A DNA stretch of 64,000 nt from Octopus sinensis (Eukaryota): positions 37,696,001-37,760,000 of the forward strand of contig NC_043012.1 of assembly GCF_006345805.1 (NCBI RefSeq), given 5' to 3'. The notes beneath the pieces were generated by a model that had not been told where the DNA came from, made no database searches, and worked only from the letters and a program-made list of their open reading frames with translations. The position numbers and the translations under genes were made by a program. This document shows, in pieces, positions 1 through 11,514 of this stretch; the stretch's first letter is position 1; each line of letters starts with the position of its first letter.

Positions 1-3000
1 TAAATAAAGTCCCTCTTCACCATTAAGGAGAATCTCAATCAAACACAAACACACTGAGAAGACATATACACATCAGATAGACACAAGGTACAGGTACCAT
101 ATTTTCCAGCATAGAAGTGAACATAGTATTTAGTGTAAACATTTAAATATTGTCACTGTCTTTCCAAATTCTATTGCATTTCACATGGAATTTTTGGTCC
201 TCCAAAGTTTACTTGACCTTCCATTTTTTACTGTAAATTTTGGTCAGAAAAATTTGACTACGATGCCAGAAGATATGATATACATACACAAATACATTCA
301 AAGCATGTCTCTTTATGTCTGAAGACATAAATATGTACACATACACACACATAAAACTGCATGTTGAAATATATACATGCACACACATATTCAAGCACCA
401 GTAAGTGCACAACCATACACACACACACTACACATTGATACACATATATAAATACATTCTCACAAATACATTAACCAAACTACACACATATACAAACAAC
501 ATATCTGTTATACATAGCATTAGTTTCTGGAACTTTCAAGACACCTCCCACCCACCCATTTGTAGCAATGACTCAATGACTTAGTGACTCAGTAAAATAC
601 ACAAATGAAATATTTTGTGGGGAAGAAATTGGTCTGGTTTACAGCACAATAATTCCACCAGATGAAATTGTAGTAATGGTGGTGGTGGTGGTGGTGGCAA
701 CTCTGGTGACAATGGTGATGGCAGTGATGGTGTGTGTTCCTTAAATGGTCGATATTGCTTTTCTTTTATTTCAATCTATATCTTCTCGTTCATGGAATTT
801 TCATGGCTCTTCCTCATGTTGAAATTTTGCTTGTAATTCATAACAAAATGCTACAGAGCTGCTAGGCTAAAAATTCAAATCTTTGCTATTTCACACTGCA
901 CAAGTTGCAATTTATGCACACACGTACGCACACACGCACATCTGCTTTCATATTTGACAGTTGGGTGATTCACGCAATCCAGGTAGAGGTAAGAGTGATT
1001 TCTATAGAATGTGGGGAAGGTAAGATGTTCTGAGATGATCCTGTTACCATTCCTTAATTCAACATCACTGACAGAACATCTCATTAAGAACGGTGCTGGT
1101 ATTACTTAATTTCACTCCATGCACACACACACACACACACACACATATTTGCAGCCCTGGGGTTTTGCAATAGTATGAGAAATAAAAATATGAGATTTGG
1201 TCACATGACTGCATATGCGTGTGAACATGTGTGTGTGTGTTTATGCACTCGTACAAGTCATATGAAATGAATGTAAGAGAGCGAGAGAGTGTGTGGTCTT
1301 ATATTCAAAAGCAAGATTGTGTATGTGTGTGAACACTTTCATGTATGCGTGAGGGTGTGAGAATGCACTCGTATATGACATGAATGTAAGAGAGAGAAAG
1401 AGTGTTTCCTATTTATTCTGTACAAAGGCAATGCTGTGTATGTATATGCGTGCATGTGTGTGTGTGTGAGCATAAGTCTGTACTTATGTGTACACGTGTG
1501 TGTGTGTGTGTGTGTGCAAAGATACAGAGTAATCATATGCATATGTGTGTATGTATATGTGAGTGTATGTCAGTTCAGCGAGAACAATCTATTAAGGATA
1601 GAAGTGTGTGTGTGTTTGTCACCAGTAAGTCATAAATTCGAAAGTGAAGCCCACTGGCCATTAGGGTCTGATGAGACACATGTAAAGCCAAGCGCTTTAT
1701 GGACACAAAACTCTAGGTAACCCAATGAACCTGCCATAACCATCTAAACACATACACATACATGAGCACACACACACACGATGGCTGTCCATTCATGACC
1801 GAAGAAGACAACCACTCAACATATTAAGAACATTGTGCACTCAGACAGATTTATACTTTACACTTGTAGCTCCGCTGGTGCCTAATGAGCCCAGCCCTTG
1901 AGAAACACACACGTCTGCAGAAACTGCAGTCAAGCTCCCCCTCCTCATTCACTACACTAGCAGTTTATGTTCCAGCAGCTTGCTTAAAGTGCTGCATGAA
2001 AAAAAGCATGTTCTATAAAAACAACACCTACTCCTTCCTTCGCTTGTTTCCTCCACTGGTGGCGATGATAGACATTGCTTTTTTTCAGTCAAACTCTGCC
2101 ATTTCACTTGTTTTGAATGAGGACTTTATCCTTTAGTTAGTGGAAAGTAACTCAAGCAGATAGCAAGACCACAATTTAGAGATTGTGTCAAGGTAAAGAG
2201 CCCCTTCAATCATGAATGATCATGGGATCGCACCTAGAAAGTTTCTCTCTGAGGCAAGTCCGGACAGCAGTCACCCATGCATACCGGCCTCCCCTCCTCT
2301 CCACACCATTGATTTCATGACAAAGTTTTTCGGTGAAGTCTTTTTATTATTTTCAAAATTAATAGAAAAAAAAAAAAAAAACGGCAATGTATTTCAACAG
2401 AACTATTCAGATAAATGGTATCTAACATTAGAGGGAATAATGGGATCTTAGATATTTCGATAAATAAAAATGAAGGTCATGGTTGGAATGTCTTTGATCA
2501 TAGGTTTGCATGAGCTGGTTTGACCTGGAACTAAACAACAACAGAAATAGTATGAGGATGATGATGACAAACAATGATGATGATTCAGATATTTTTGAAA
2601 TCAGATTCATTTTTTTTCTTTGATGGAAAGAGTGCCAGGAAGACGATGAGGTGTTGGGTGGGGCTGAAAGTGGGAAGAAGACTGTGTGGTGGGGGGGCGG
2701 TGGGGGGAGAACAAAGACAAATAGTAAAATTTTCAGTGGAATTCATGCTTAAAGTGGATCTAAAAATAAATTCAGAAAACTATAAAAATTACGAAAATGT
2801 AAACAAAAAGAAAAAAAGGAAAAAAAAGATAATGCTGGTAGCGGGAGGTGTGAGGGTGGCTGCTGGAGCCAGGGTAGAGTGCAATGATGTAGGGACCGAG
2901 ACTGTAGCATAGAACATCCAAATCTAATTTGGCAAAGTTGAATGTTGTTGTTACCCTTAAAATAGACAGGAAGATTATCAGTTACAATTAACTGTGGCCT

Positions 3001-3005
3001 TCTTG

Positions 3006-3068
<63 letters not shown>

Positions 3069-3185
3069 ACTAACTACAGATGTTCCGTTTTTGATACTGA
3101 CCCAGCCTAAAACATTTTATCAAACAACTCCGAGTCTGTTTGATGTTGCACAAGATCAAACAATAAAGTTATTATAACTCTCACC

Positions 3186-3190
3186 TCAGT

Positions 3191-3239
<49 letters not shown>

Positions 3240-3312
3240 AACAAACAAAAACACACACACACACACACACGCACTCACACACCTACATGAGTGTGTGTGT
3301 GCGTGCGCGCGC
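3186..3312. repeat. Compound (CT)n/(CA)n microsatellite; a second (CT)n(CA)n tract lies at ~3009-3071
   Basis: Direct reading of dinucleotide runs. Confidence 0.95.
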
Positions 3313-3519
3313 GCACAAAGGCAATTCGGTAGTGGTAAGTTCCTGGTGAAAGAAGAACCAATTCCGCTGCTATCTAACTTTGAATGTTCGTGCCTCGTCT
3401 GTCTTATCGCCGGGAGAGGCATGAATGCCACAACTGCCGACCTTTCTACATACGAAAAATTGTGGGTCATGGTTTTTGACACCGAAACACTTCTACAACG
3501 GGTTCTGTACTGGTAAAAA

Positions 3520-3890
3520 GTGGAATACATAATTACACACACACACCACAAGTATATACACACACAAAACAACAACCACACAACCTACATGCACACACAC
3601 ACATATGTACATACATACACACAATGTACTTACACACCAACACACACACACATTGAAAACAACTACATACACCACACATCAATTACACAACCTACATACA
3701 CACACACACATACATATATATGTACATACACACCAACACACACACACACTCAAAACAACCACACATACACTACACATCAACCACACAACCTACAATCACA
3801 GACAACCTACACGCACACACTAAAAAAAACAATCACACAACCTACACTTGCACACACACAACCCACGTACACACACACAATACAGAATTT
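3520..3890. repeat. Degenerate CA-rich minisatellite
   Basis: Recurrent CACAACCTACA motifs embedded in (CA)n. The His/Thr-rich ORFs here are artefacts. Confidence 0.8.
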
Positions 3891-3999
3891 AAATTCAAAA
3901 CCCAAAACTACAAACTGTAAATCACCACATTCACTAATATTATAGCCTTTAGGAAAAGCATAAAGGTTACTACATCTCTCTCTCTCTCTCTCCCACCAC

Positions 4000-6900
4000 C
4001 ATCATCATCATCATCATCGTTTAACGTCTGCTTTCCATGCCGGCATGGGTTGGACAGTTTGACTGAAGACTGGCGAACCAGAAGGCTGCACCAGGCTCCA
4101 GTCTGATCTGGCAATGTTTCTACAGCTGGATGCCCTTCCTAACGCCAAACACTGAGAGTGTAGTGGGTGCTTTTACGTGTCACTGGCATGAGGGCCAGTC
4201 AGGCGGTTCTGACAACGACCATGCCCCAAAAGGCGTTTTTTACGTGCTACCTGCATGGGAGCCAGTCCAGTGGCACTGGCAACAACCACGCTCAAATGCC
4301 ATTTTTTCATGTGCTGGTGGCACATGTGCCAATAAGGCGACACTGGCAATGATCATGCTTGAATGGTACTTTTAACATGCCACTGGAACAGGAGCCAGTC
4401 AGTGGCCCTGGCAACGATCACACTTGGATGGTGCTTTTAACATGCCACTGGAACAGGAGCCAGTCAGTGGCCCTGACAACGATCACACTTGGATGGTGCT
4501 TTTAACATGCCACTGGAACAGGAGCCAGTCAGTGGCCCTGACAACGATCACACTTGGATGGTGCTTTTTACATGCCACTGGAACAGGAGCCAGTCAGTGG
4601 CCCTGACAACGATCACACTTGGATGGTGCTTTTAACATGCCACTGGAACAGGAGCCAGTCAGTGGCCCTGGCAACGATCACACTTGGATGGTGCTTTTAA
4701 CATGCCACTGGAACAGGAGCCAGTCAGTGGCCCTGGCAACGATCACACTTGGATGGTGCTTTTTACATGCCACTGGAACAGGAGCCAGTCAGTGGCCCTG
4801 GCAACGATCACACTTGGATGGTGCTTTTTACATGCCACTGGAACAGGAGCCAGTCAGTGGCCCTGACAACGATCACACTTGGATGGTGCTTTTTACATGC
4901 CACTGGAACAGGAGCCAGTCAGTGGCCCTGGCAACGATCACACTTGGATGGTGCTTTTAACATGCCACTGGAACAGGAGCCAGTCAGTGGCCCTGACAAC
5001 GATCACACTTGGATGGTGCTTTTTACATGCCACTGGAACAGGAGCCAGTCAGTGGCCCTGGCAACGATCACACTTGGATGGTGCTTTTAACATGCCACTG
5101 GAACAGGAGCCAGTCAGTGGCCCTGACAACGATCACACTTGGATGGTGCTTTTTACATGCCACTGGAACAGGAGCCAGTCAGTGGCCCTGGCAACGATCA
5201 CACTTGGATGGTGTGCTTTTAACATTCCACTGGAACAGGAGCCAGTCAGTGGCCCTGGCAACGATCACACTTGGATGGTGCTTTTAACATGCCACTGGAA
5301 CAGGAGCCAGTCAGTGGCCCTGGCAACGATCACACTTGGATGGTGCTTTTAACATTCCACTGGAACAGGAGCCAGTCAGTGGCCCTGACAACGATCACAC
5401 TTGGATGGTGCTTTTTACATGCCACTGGAACAGGAGCCAGTCAGTGGCCCTGACAACGATCACACTTGGATGGTGCTTTTAACATGCCACTGGAACAGGA
5501 GCCAGTCAGTGGCCCTGACAACGATCACACTTGGATGGTGCTTTTTACATTCCACTGGAACAGGAGCCAGTCAGTGGCCCTGGCAACGATCACACTTGGA
5601 TGGTGCTTTTAACATGCCACTGGAACAGGAGCCAGTCAGTGGCCCTGACAACGATCACACTTGGATGGTGCTTTTTACATTCCACTGGAACAGGAGCCAG
5701 TCAGTGGCCCTGGCAACGATCACACTTGGATGGTGCTTTTAACATGCCACTGGAACAGGAGCCAGTCAGTGGCCCTGACAACGATCACACTTGGATGGTG
5801 CTTTTTACATGCCATTGGAACAGGAGCCAGTCAGTGGCCCTGGCAACGATCACACTTGGATGGTGCTTTTAACATTCCACTGGAACAGGAGCCAGTCAGT
5901 CGCCCTGGCAACGATCACACTTGGATGGTGCTTTTTACATTCCACTGGAACAGGAGCCAGTCAGTGGCCCTGGCAACGATCACACTTGGATGGTGCTTTT
6001 TACATGCCATTGGAACAGGAGCCAGTCAGTGGCCCTGGCAACGATCACACTTGGATGGTGCTTTTTACATGCCATTGGAACAGGAGCCAGTCAGTGGCCC
6101 TGGCAACGATCACACTTGGATGGTGCTTTTAACATGCCACTGGAACAGGAGCCAGTCAGTGGCCCTGACAACGATCACACTTGGATGGTGCTTTTTACAT
6201 TCCACTGGAACAGGAGCCAGTCAGTGGCCCTGGCAACGATCACACTTGGATGGTGCTTTTAACATGCCACTGGAACAGGAGCCAGTCAGTGGCCCTGACA
6301 ACGATCACACTTGGATGGTGCTTTTTACATTCCACTGGAACAGGAGCCAGTCAGTGGCCCTGGCAACGATCACACTTGGATGGTGCTTTTAACATTCCAC
6401 TGGAACAGGAGCCAGTCAGTGGCCCTGGCAACGATCACACTTGGATGGTGCTTTTAACATGCCACTGGAACAGGAGCCAGTCAGTGGCCCTGACAACGAT
6501 CACACTTGGATGGTGCTTTTTACATGCCACTGGAACAGGAGCCAGTCAGTGGCCCTGGCAACGATCACACTTGGATGGTGCTTTTAACATGCCACTGGAA
6601 CAGGAGCCAGTCAGTGGCCCTGACAACGATCACACTTGGATGGTGCTTTTTACATGCCATTGGAACAGGAGCCAGTCAGTGGCCCTGGCAACGATCACAC
6701 TTGGATGGTGCTTTTAACATTCCACTGGAACAGGAGCCAGTCAGTGGCCCTGACAACGATCACACTTGGATGGTGCTTTTTACATGCCATTGGAACAGGA
6801 GCCAGTCAGTGGCCCTGGCAACGATCACACTTGGATGGTGCTTTTAACATTCCACTGGAACAGGAGCCAGTCAGTGGCCCTGGCAACGATCACACTTGGA

Positions 6901-8353
6901 TGGTGCTTTTTACATGCCATTGGAACAGGAGCCAGTCAGTGGCCCTGACAACGATCACACTTGGATGGTGCTTTTTACATGCCATTGGAACAGGAGCCAG
7001 TCAGTGGCCCTGGCAACGATCACACTTGGATGGTGCTTTTTACATGCCATTGGAACAGGAGCCAGTCAGTGGCCCTGACAACGATCACACTTGGATGGTG
7101 CTTTTTACATGCCATTGGAACAGGAGCCAGTCAGTGGCCCTGACAACGATCACACTTGGATGGTGCTTTTTACATGCCATTGGAACAGGAGCCAGTCAGT
7201 GGCCCTGACAATGATCACACTTGGATGGTGCTTTTTACATGCCATTGGAACAGGAGCCAGTCAGTGGCCCTGACAACGATCACACTTGGATGGTGCTTTT
7301 AACATGCCACTGGAACAGGAGCCAGTCAGTGGCCCTGACAACGATCACACTTGGATGGTGCTTTTTACATGCCATTGGAACAGGAGCCAGTCAGTGGCCC
7401 TGACAACGATCACACTTGGATGGTGCTTTTAACATGCCATTGGAACAGGAGCCAGTCAGTGGCCCTGACAACGATCACACTTGGATGGTGCTTTTAACAT
7501 GCCATTGGAACAGGAGCCAGTCAGTGGCCCTGGCAACGATCACACTTGGATGGTGCTTTTAACATTCCACTGGAACAGGAGCCAGTCAGTGGCCCTGACA
7601 ACGATCACACTTGGATGGTGCTTTTAACATGCCATTGGAACAGGAGCCAGTCAGTGGCCCTGGCAACGATCACACTTGGATGGTGCTTTTAACATTCCAC
7701 TGGAACAGGAGCCAGTCAGTGGCCCTGACAACGATCACACTTGGATGGTGCTTTTAACATGCCACTGGAACAGGAGCCAGTCAGTGGCCCTGACAACGAT
7801 CACACTTGGATGGTGCTTTTTACATGCCATTGGAACAGGAGCCAGTCAGTGGCCCTGACAACGATCACACTTGGATGGTGCTTTTTACATGCCATTGGAA
7901 CAGGAGCCAGTCAGTGGCCCTGACAACGATCACACTTGGATGGTGCTTTTAACATGCCATTGGAACAGGAGCCAGTCAGTGGCCCTGACAACGATCACAC
8001 TTGGATGGTGCTTTTAACATGCCATTGGAACAGGAGCCAGTCAGTGGCCCTGACAACGATCACACTTGGATGGTGCTTTTAACATGCCATTGGAACAGGA
8101 GCCAGTCAGTGGCCTGACAACGATCACACTTGGATGGTGCTTTTAACATTCCACTGGAACAGGAGCCAGTCAGTGGCCCTGGCAACGATCACACTTGGAT
8201 GGTGCTTTTAACATTCCACTGGAACAGGAGCCAGTCAGTGGCCCTGGCAACGATCACACTTGGATGGTGCTTTTAACATTCCACTGGAACAGGAGCCAGT
8301 CAGTGGCCCTGGCAACGATCACACTTGGATGGTGCTTTTAACATGCCACTGGC
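4000..8353 (-). mobile_element. SINE-like element (family C, (GAT)n tail) with massively expanded internal 65-bp repeat
   Basis: (CAT)n tail plus GTTTAACGTCTGCTTTCCATGCCGGCATGGGTTGG at the left end, and three degenerate ~65-bp units at 4150-4357. The right end CATGCCACTGGC matches the end of the short copy at 53650-53965. Confidence 0.85.
4358..8352. repeat. Tandem array of 61 full units plus one partial unit of 65 bp
   Basis: Unit CTTGGATGGTGCTTTT(A/T)ACAT(G/T)CCA(C/T)TGGAACAGGAGCCAGTCAGTGGCCCTG(G/A)CAACGATCACA. Units start at 4358, 4423 ... 8324, with one 2-bp insertion (~5212) and one 1-bp deletion (~8113). Confidence 0.98.
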
Positions 8354-8411
8354 ACTGTCATGCTTAATCACTATCTCTCTAATCAGCAATAATGTTGAAG
8401 ATGATTATCAC

Positions 8412-8582
8412 AGTGTGTGTGTGTATGTGTGTGAGTGAGTGAGTGTGTGTATGTCAGTGAGTGTGAGTGAGTGAGTGAGAGTGTGAGTGTGTGTATGAGT
8501 GTGAGTGAGTGAGTGTGAGTGTGTGTATGAGTGTGTGCATATGTGAGTGGGCATGTGTGTGTGTGAGTGTGTGTGTGTGTAA
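8412..8582. repeat. (GT)n/(GAGT)n compound microsatellite
   Basis: Direct reading. Confidence 0.95.
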
Positions 8583-8814
8583 GAGTGCATAAGACAACAG
8601 CAGAATCTCAAAGGAAGGCAGACTAAACTAACTGCTTTGTGGTATTGGGTTACATCCTTTTAGGTTCTGAGTTCAAATCATGTTGAGGTCAACCCTAACT
8701 TTCATCTCTTCAAGGTCAATAAAAATGAATGATCTGGGGTTAATTCAATCAACTCTCTTTCTCTCCTGCCTTGCTTTTTTAATCTTGTGTCTTGCAAGCC
8801 AGTTGACGTTGAAG

Positions 8815-8985
8815 GAACCAAAGAAGACGCCTCTATGTGGTCACTAAATCTGCTTGAAATAGCAATCAAATATCCCTCAAATCAGACCTTGCTGACTTTA
8901 AAAGGAGAAATCAGATAGTCTACAGAAGTTGAAAAATAGTTGGGATGGCCATAGCTGGATTGAATTTTGACCATAGTTACACTTC
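8815..8985 (+). repeat. Unclassified dispersed repeat (family D)
   Basis: Core CTTGAAATAGCAGCCAAATCTCCCTCAAATC recurs, degenerate, at ~11740, 14035, 33975, 37020, 39250, 45420 and 61370. Confidence 0.65.
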
Positions 8986-8994
8986 AAACAACAG

Positions 8995-9335
8995 TTTCAT
9001 AAAAACAAAGTTATTATCCTCTATATTTTGTTTTAGTCACTGAACTGTAGCCATGCTGGAGCACCACCTAGAAGTGTTTATTTAGTCAAATAAATCAATC
9101 TCAGCACTTATATTTTAATCCTAATACTTATATCACTCTCTATTGCCAAACCATTAAGTTACAAGGATGTAAACAAACCATCACTGATTGTCAAGCAATG
9201 GTTGAGGACAAACACAATGCAAATACACACACACGGGTTTCTTTCACTTTCTAACAAGGCTTTAGTCAGACAGGAGCCCAAGGTACCATACAGAGGGACT
9301 GAACTCAACCCCACATGATTAAGAAGCAAGCTTCT
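8995..9335 (-). mobile_element. tRNA-derived SINE, family B (decayed)
   Basis: Matches the reverse complement of the copy at 22919-23320. Confidence 0.75.
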
Positions 9336-9804
9336 TACCCACACATCCCCACCCATAATATTTTTCTAAATTTCTATAAATTCTTGATTATTTCCCAAAT
9401 TAATTTGAAAAACACCATCTTATCTCCTTTCAACTCTCCCCCTTTTCTTTCCTCTCCTCTATTCTCTGCCATACTCTCCCCACCACCACCTCTCCTCTTA
9501 CTATTCTTCAAGCTTCCATCAAGAATCATTGCACACTCATGCCTCTGTTTTCCCTCAGTTATGGGGACCCCCTTTCGGGTTATAGCCTGGCAAGTTACAA
9601 GACATTTCTCACTAGTGTTGATGCTACAAAACAAAATACTACCCAGTTATCCCTGTAAAGTTAAGGTTAGCATTAGGAAGGGGCATCCAGCCATAGAAAC
9701 CATGACCAAGTTGATACCCATGAATGATACAATACTCCAACTAGTCGGGCCTTATACACATTATTTACATTTTACAGGTATTTGTCCTCATCTTGTTTGT
9801 TGTT

Positions 9805-9850
9805 AACACAATGTTTCAGCTGATATACCTTCCAGCCTTCATCAGGTGTC
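9805..9850 (-). ncRNA. Minimal type I hammerhead ribozyme-like motif (degenerate)
   Basis: Minus strand reads GACAC-CUGAUGA-A-GGCUG-gaagguauau-CAGCU-GAAA-CAU-U-GUGUU. Confidence 0.6.
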
Positions 9851-10115
9851 TTGGAGAAATTTCGAACCTGGGTTCTCATTCCTAAGATATTTTTCAATGT
9901 TATTATCATCATCATCATCATTATTATTATTCTGGTCACTGCCTGTAATTGAACTCAGAATCTTGGGGTTAAGTGTACGGGCTACTAACCCCAAGATTCC
10001 GAGTTCAATTCCAGGCAGTGACCTGAACAACAACAACAACAACAGCAACAGCAACAACAACAACAACAACAACAAATACATTAGGAACGAGAACTCAGGT
10101 TCGAAATTTCCCCAA

Positions 10116-10161
10116 GACACCTGATGAAGGCTGGAGGGTACATCAGCCGAAACATTGTGTT
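10116..10161 (+). ncRNA. Minimal type I hammerhead ribozyme-like motif
   Basis: GACAC / CUGAUGA / extra A / stem II GGCUG-gaggguacau-CAGCC / GAAA / CAU-U / GUGUU. Stem I has 5 bp and stem II has 5 bp. ACAU replaces the palindromic ACGU seen in the 63889 copy. Confidence 0.7.
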
Positions 10162-10354
10162 AACAACAAACAAGATGAGGATCAATATCCATCAAATGTA
10201 AATAATGTAAACAATTCCTCATATCCTTAAATATAGCACTGTAGTCAGACCTTGCTGAACCTTTCAACTTAGGTCAACACAGAAGCCAGGTGTTAAACAA
10301 TCATGATGATCTCTCTCACACACACGTAATTTATCAAGATAGATAGGTATGCCC

Positions 10355-10610
10355 CCTTGAATGTTACTGTCTCGTGTCTGAGGACTCACAGGGTTAGTTA
10401 CCCTGTTCCCATAGCATGGCTGAGATCACAACATGTCCCCCTGGATAGGATGCTAGTCCAATGCAGTTACTCATGTACAGTTGAGTGGAGTGAAGTAACG
10501 TGAAATGAAGCATTTTACCCAAGAACACAACGCACAGCCCAATCTGGGAATTGACACCACAATCTTACAATCATGAATGCAACACACTAGCCACTAGGCC
10601 CATGCATCTT
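10355..10610 (-). mobile_element. Old tRNA-SINE with Deu/Nin-type conserved core (tentative)
   Basis: CCCCCTGGATAGGATGCTAGTCC and TTTTACCCAAGAACACAACGC motifs; a related copy lies at ~34150-34430. Core-domain assignment is from memory only. Confidence 0.5.
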
Positions 10611-10656
10611 CCCTCAACCTCAAAACAAAACCCCAAGTTCTTAACATACTTTTTGC

Positions 10657-10845
10657 TAAGCTGGTGAGCTGGCAAAATGCTTAGCGGTATTTTGTCTGCC
10701 ACTATGTTCTGAGTTCGAATTCCGCTGAGGTCAATTTTACCTTTTAGGGTCAATAAACTAAGTACCTGTTGTGTACTGGGGTCGATCTAATCAACTGGCA
10801 CCCTCCAAAAAAATTTCAGGCCTTGTGCTTAGAGTAGAAAAGAAT
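10657..10845 (+). mobile_element. tRNA-derived SINE, family A
   Basis: GAGCTGGCAAAATGCTTAGCGG ... GAGTTCGAATTCC (B-box) ... GCCTTGTGCTTAGAGTAGAAAAG. Confidence 0.85.
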
Positions 10846-10857
10846 ATTATTAAGACA

Positions 10858-11250
10858 GTAAGCTGGCAGAATCGGTAGCACGCTGGGCGAAATGCTTCGT
10901 GGTATTTCGTCTGTCTTTACATTCTGAGTTCAAATTCCGCCAAGGTCAACTTTGCTTTTCATCCTTTCGGGTCGATTAAATAAGTACCAGTTACACACTG
11001 GGGTCGATATAATCGACTTAATCCGTTTGTCTGTCCTTGTTTGTCCCCACTGTGTGTAGCCCCTTGTGGGTAGTAAAGAAATAGGTATTTTGTCTGTGTT
11101 TACATTCTGAGTTCAAATTCCGCCAAGGTCGCCTTTGCCTTTCATCCTCTCAGGGTCGATAAACTAAGTACTCATTGCATACTGAGGTTGATCTAATCAA
11201 CAGGCCCCACCTCCCCAAAAATCTCGGGCCTTGCGCCTAGAGTAAAATAA
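10858..11250 (+). mobile_element. Family A SINE, dimeric form
   Basis: The body TTCTGAGTTCAAATTCCGCCAAGGTC...GTACC occurs twice (~10922 and ~11105). The same architecture appears at 27888-28270. Confidence 0.85.
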
Positions 11251-11459
11251 GAACATATTTTGGCTGTCAGTTTTAACAAATCTTGCAATATTCTATACAT
11301 TACTTTGGTTCCTTTTCTCTCTCCATTTTCTACTCATATAGATTTTCACCAATATATTCTTCAATATCTAAATAGATAATTTTGCATATTACCATTTTAT
11401 TTTTTCCATTCTATTACAACTGTTTTCGACATTTTGTGTACATGTGTATGTGGTGTGTG

Positions 11460-11514
<55 letters not shown>

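Larger units (their letters stand above)
9758..10208. mobile_element. ~450-bp palindromic (foldback) element carrying a hammerhead-like motif in each arm and a central tRNA-like module
   Basis: 9758-9900 is the near reverse complement of 10070-10208, and (ATT/ATC)n mirrors (AAC)n. Inner arms 9934-9971 and 9986-10023 enclose a 14-nt loop. Another copy of the left arm starts at 63889. Confidence 0.9.

Noticed and set aside
1215-1410. Degenerate ~119-bp tandem duplication (ATGCACTCGTA...GAATGTAAGAGAG twice)
   Set aside because: It is real but lies in GT-rich low-complexity DNA, as expected from ordinary slippage.
2655-2710. G-quadruplex-forming tract (also ~20820-20855)
   Set aside because: This is low-complexity purine-rich sequence with long loops and no functional context.
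4358-8352. CRISPR array or repetitive protein (many ORFs in the track)
   Set aside because: Units are contiguous with no unique spacers and there are no cas genes. The 65-bp period is not a multiple of 3, and stops recur in all frames.
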